Assembly: GCF_009914755.1 (NCBI RefSeq)
Contig: NC_060931.1
Source of the DNA: the human T2T-CHM13v2.0 reference genome, Homo sapiens
Strand: one strand, 5' to 3'
DNA: 64,000 nucleotides
Part shown: positions 61,050 to 64,000 of the stretch, piece by piece
Position numbering within the stretch: the first letter of the stretch is position 1
Layout of the letters: each line of letters opens with the position of its first letter
Made by a program: the position numbers and the translations under genes
The notes under the pieces: generated by a model
What the model saw: only the letters and a program-made list of their open reading frames with translations
What the model was told of the DNA's origin: nothing
The model's database searches: none

Positions 61050-61709
61050 GTAAGTGTCAAGGGGTGTCTTCCCTGTGTCTTCCTGGGAGGCCTTTTAACT
61101 TACAGGACTTGAGGGGCATAATATGTAGGTTAGAATATTTTCCAGTTCTGATTTCTGTTTATAAAATGTGTAGTACATAGTTCTGAAGTGAATCCATGTT
61201 TTAAAAAACACTCAGGTGATTTGTTTTCTTGACTACAAGAATTGATAAGATACTCCTTTTGTGTCTCAAAGACTGTGTTAATATTTACTTAAGCATCTTT
61301 CTTGTATCTAGATATTTCTATAGCAATAGACAGGAATTAATAGACACGTAACTTTAGAAAATACTTTTGGGTGGTAGTCACTTTCCCTTTACCAGTGGCT
61401 TATTTTTTGATGTATAGATTATCTCTGTCTTTTTGGTCCCTGAATAAATACATAAATGAATTCAGGAAAAATACGTTGACTGTTCTGTTGCCAGGTGCTA
61501 CTCTAGTCCTGGAAATACAGCAGTGAACAGAAGAGACAAATTCTTTTCCTTCAAGGAGCTTATACTCAGTCGAGGGAGATTAGCATACATTTATTTGTGG
61601 GGTTGTGTTCTCAAGCACCATCAGCAAATGTGTGACTTGTCGTGCATTAAAAGAAACTGGGAAACAATGTATTGCTCTGAAAATAAAAGGCCACAGTCAT
61701 TGCCCTTGT

Positions 61710-61967
61710 CCTCCATTAAATACATATAAGAAGCTTTTGTAATTTTGTTTTTAGGAAAGGGAGACACAGTGTGGCTAGTGGTCAGGGTTTTTGCCTCCAT
61801 TAAATATATATAAGAGGCTTTTGTAATTTGGCTTTTAGGAAAGAGAGACACAATGTGGCTAGTGGTCAGTGGTCAGGGCTCTTGCCTCCATTAAATATAT
61901 ATGAGACTTTGTAATTTGGTTTTTAGAAAAAGAGACACAGTGTGGTCAGTGGTCAGGGTTCTCGCCT
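61710..61967. repeat. Tandem repeat, 3 x ~84 bp
   Basis: Units start with cctccattaaata at 61710, 61794 and 61885. Confidence 0.95.
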
Positions 61968-62841
61968 GTCAGTTTTCTTTTGGTATTGTCTTCTTTTCAC
62001 CCTTGAGCTTCAGTCATGTCACTTAGCTGCTTGGAATCTCAGTTTTCCTGATATTTGCCTCTTTCTTTCTTAAAGTAAACATTGCAACTAAAGTGCTGTG
62101 AACAGTAAGAAAAGATTTCTAAATCTGAGAAGAGGGTGCTTTATAACCTGGGTTTCATTTGTTAGAATAATGGTAGGCTAGTCTCATGACCCTCGTGCAC
62201 TGGGATATTTGACCTGCGGGACCTCGGAGATCCCCCTGCTTCCCCCCTCCCCCCTTCCAGCTCTCTCGTGTTCTCTTTGCCTCCTCCAGGTGTTGGTTCT
62301 CTCTTAAGAATCCCCAGGATGAATATGACTAAGCATTTCCTCTCGAGTAAAACGTTCTGGCACCTTTCTTCTCCCGGGGGTCATGTTTCTTAGGACATTG
62401 ACCTGATGCTTGATTCTTTCCTTGTTCCAGCTTAAATTTAAGTGACTAGGTAAAATAGTAGCATGTGAATCCCGTTGATCTCTGGTGGCAGATAGAGTGG
62501 TTTTTTGGCTGTCTTAATTCTTTTAAAACTGTCAGTCCCTTTACTGAAGCACCTGCTAAAGATCAGCCTGGTGTAATTTCTATGAAGAGGAGCCTCTCTG
62601 TAGGCAAGTATGACAACTTTACCAATGGAAATTGTTAACATTAGGATGAGGCATGCTGCCACATGGATCAGGTGACATTTATGTATGAGAAAAAAAGTAT
62701 GAGAAAAAAGTATCTGCTCCCCAAAAGAAGTCATTTACTAATTAGAATGATTTATTGTGTTTTTATTTAATAATGTGCCTTTTAATGTTCCTTCTGCCAA
62801 GTTTCCACTTACAATTAGAATCTCTTTCTTTTTGTGAAAAG

Positions 62842-63129
62842 AATACAACTTCTCAGAATGTAAGCAAGCGGCCCATGCAGCAAATGCAGCCCACTGCGCC
62901 AAGGAACAGCAATTTGCGTGAATTACCCATAGCGCCGTCACACGTGATAGAAATGAGCAGCAGCCGCTGCTCTGCCACGCCCTCAGCACAAGTGAAACCT
63001 ATCGTCAGCGCGTCACCACCCTCGCGGGCCGTGGCGGGTTCCAGAAGCTCACAGGGAAAGACGGAAGTGAAAGTCAAGCCAGCTAGCCCTGTGGCTCAAC
63101 CTAAAGAAGAGGCAAAAACAGAAACAGAG
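62842..63129 (+). CDS. RBM33: RBM33 coding exon (288 nt) NTTSQNVSKRPMQQMQPTAPRNSNLRELPIAP...KEEAKTETE
   Basis: aaAG acceptor ending 62841; GAG|GTAGGA donor at 63130; ORF 62755..63150. Confidence 0.92.
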
Positions 63130-63374
63130 GTAGGACACTGCTCTTATTAACAAATGTTGGTCTCAAACAAGAAGCCTTAGAATCAACTTGGATGTCTTAG
63201 TTCACTCTCACTAAGTTATTCACAAAATCTTCCCACTTTTTTCACCTGGGTCTTTTTTTTTTTTTAACCTAACAGCCATGTTTATTAAAAAAACACTTGT
63301 ATTCTCACTAGTTTACAAGATTAGAGTTTATATATTTGTACAGTTACTGTTCTGTTATACAGAATTGATATATA

Positions 63375-63602
63375 CCGGGGCTTAACAAACTTTTTCTGTA
63401 AAGGGCCCAAATATTTTATAAATATTTTAGACTTTATAGTCCAGACTGTCATAATTACCCTTCTCCGCCATTTTAGCACAAAGGCAATTTAAATATAGTT
63501 CTTCCATGAATAGATGTGACTGCGTTCCGGTAAAACTTTACTTTATAAAACCAGGTGGTGGACCGGACTCAGCCTGTGGGGTGTCATGTGCTGACACCTG
63601 GT
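63375..63602. mobile_element. MER58A-like hAT relic
   Basis: caaactttttctgtaaagggcc...aaatattttag...taaaacttta...gctgacacctg. Confidence 0.8.
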
Positions 63603-64000
63603 GAATCCCGTAGGTTTCTGTGACTTTTCTTGATTTACACTATTAACCTCTAGAAGATAGGACCAATTTTCTTGTTGGTCTTTTAAGATTTCTGGGGGTT
63701 TGCTTTGTGTTGAAGTATGATGATATATGTTGTTGCTGTTGTTCCTAATTTTTCAGTAGGCACAGAATGTAGTGAGTGTGAACAATCAATGCAGCTCAGT
63801 CTTTACCTGGCTTTAGTTGAGGCCGTCTTCTCCCACAAGCCTCAGTCTCCTCATCTGGTAAAGGAGGGTCGGCCAGGGCGGCCTGTGCAGAAGGCTGGCA
63901 CCTGGAGGGCGTGTCAGCCTTAGTGAAATGCATGTGGAGTGCTCTGAAGCAGTGCAGCGAGTTAACTTGTCCAATAGCAATGTCATGAAGAATGGCTTTA

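Noticed and set aside
60582-61180. Gly-Ala-rich antisense ORFs and the Ala-Pro ORF as separate genes
   Set aside because: They are shadows of the stop-poor C/A-rich repeat exon, and splice phases support only the P/Q/H frame.
59837-61967. Tandem repeats as a CRISPR-like array
   Set aside because: There are no unique spacers; these are simple head-to-tail duplications in a eukaryotic intron.

Overview
Primate (almost certainly human) genomic DNA from inside the RBM33 gene, which lies at 7q36.3 between EN2/CNPY1 and SHH and is transcribed on the + strand. Nine internal coding exons splice in frame with consistent phases (1620-1938, 21801-21972, 27888-28096, 32230-32482, 39412-39470, 58553-58685, 59083-59426, 60738-61049, 62842-63129). 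They encode the acidic N-terminal region, an RG-rich patch and a long Pro/Gln/His-rich low-complexity region. The start codon and the C-terminal RRM lie outside the window. The introns hold a 5'-truncated ~5 kb antisense L1PA with a target-site duplication (TSD), 12 Alus, older L1M/L2/MIR fragments, MaLR solo LTRs, hAT/Tigger DNA-transposon relics, microsatellites and small tandem duplications. I see no convincing new protein-coding system; almost all other ORFs in the track are repeat-derived or chance. The best leads concern RNA processing: a 120-nt in-frame acidic cassette exon next to the L1, an intronic-polyadenylation read-through isoform, several alternative splice sites, three exons each bracketed by inverted Alu pairs within a run of 11 strictly alternating Alus, and a few unexplained hairpin elements (notably a twin hairpin at 1370-1462). 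Gene identity and repeat subfamily names come from recalled sequences, not database searches, and the boundaries of old repeats are approximate.
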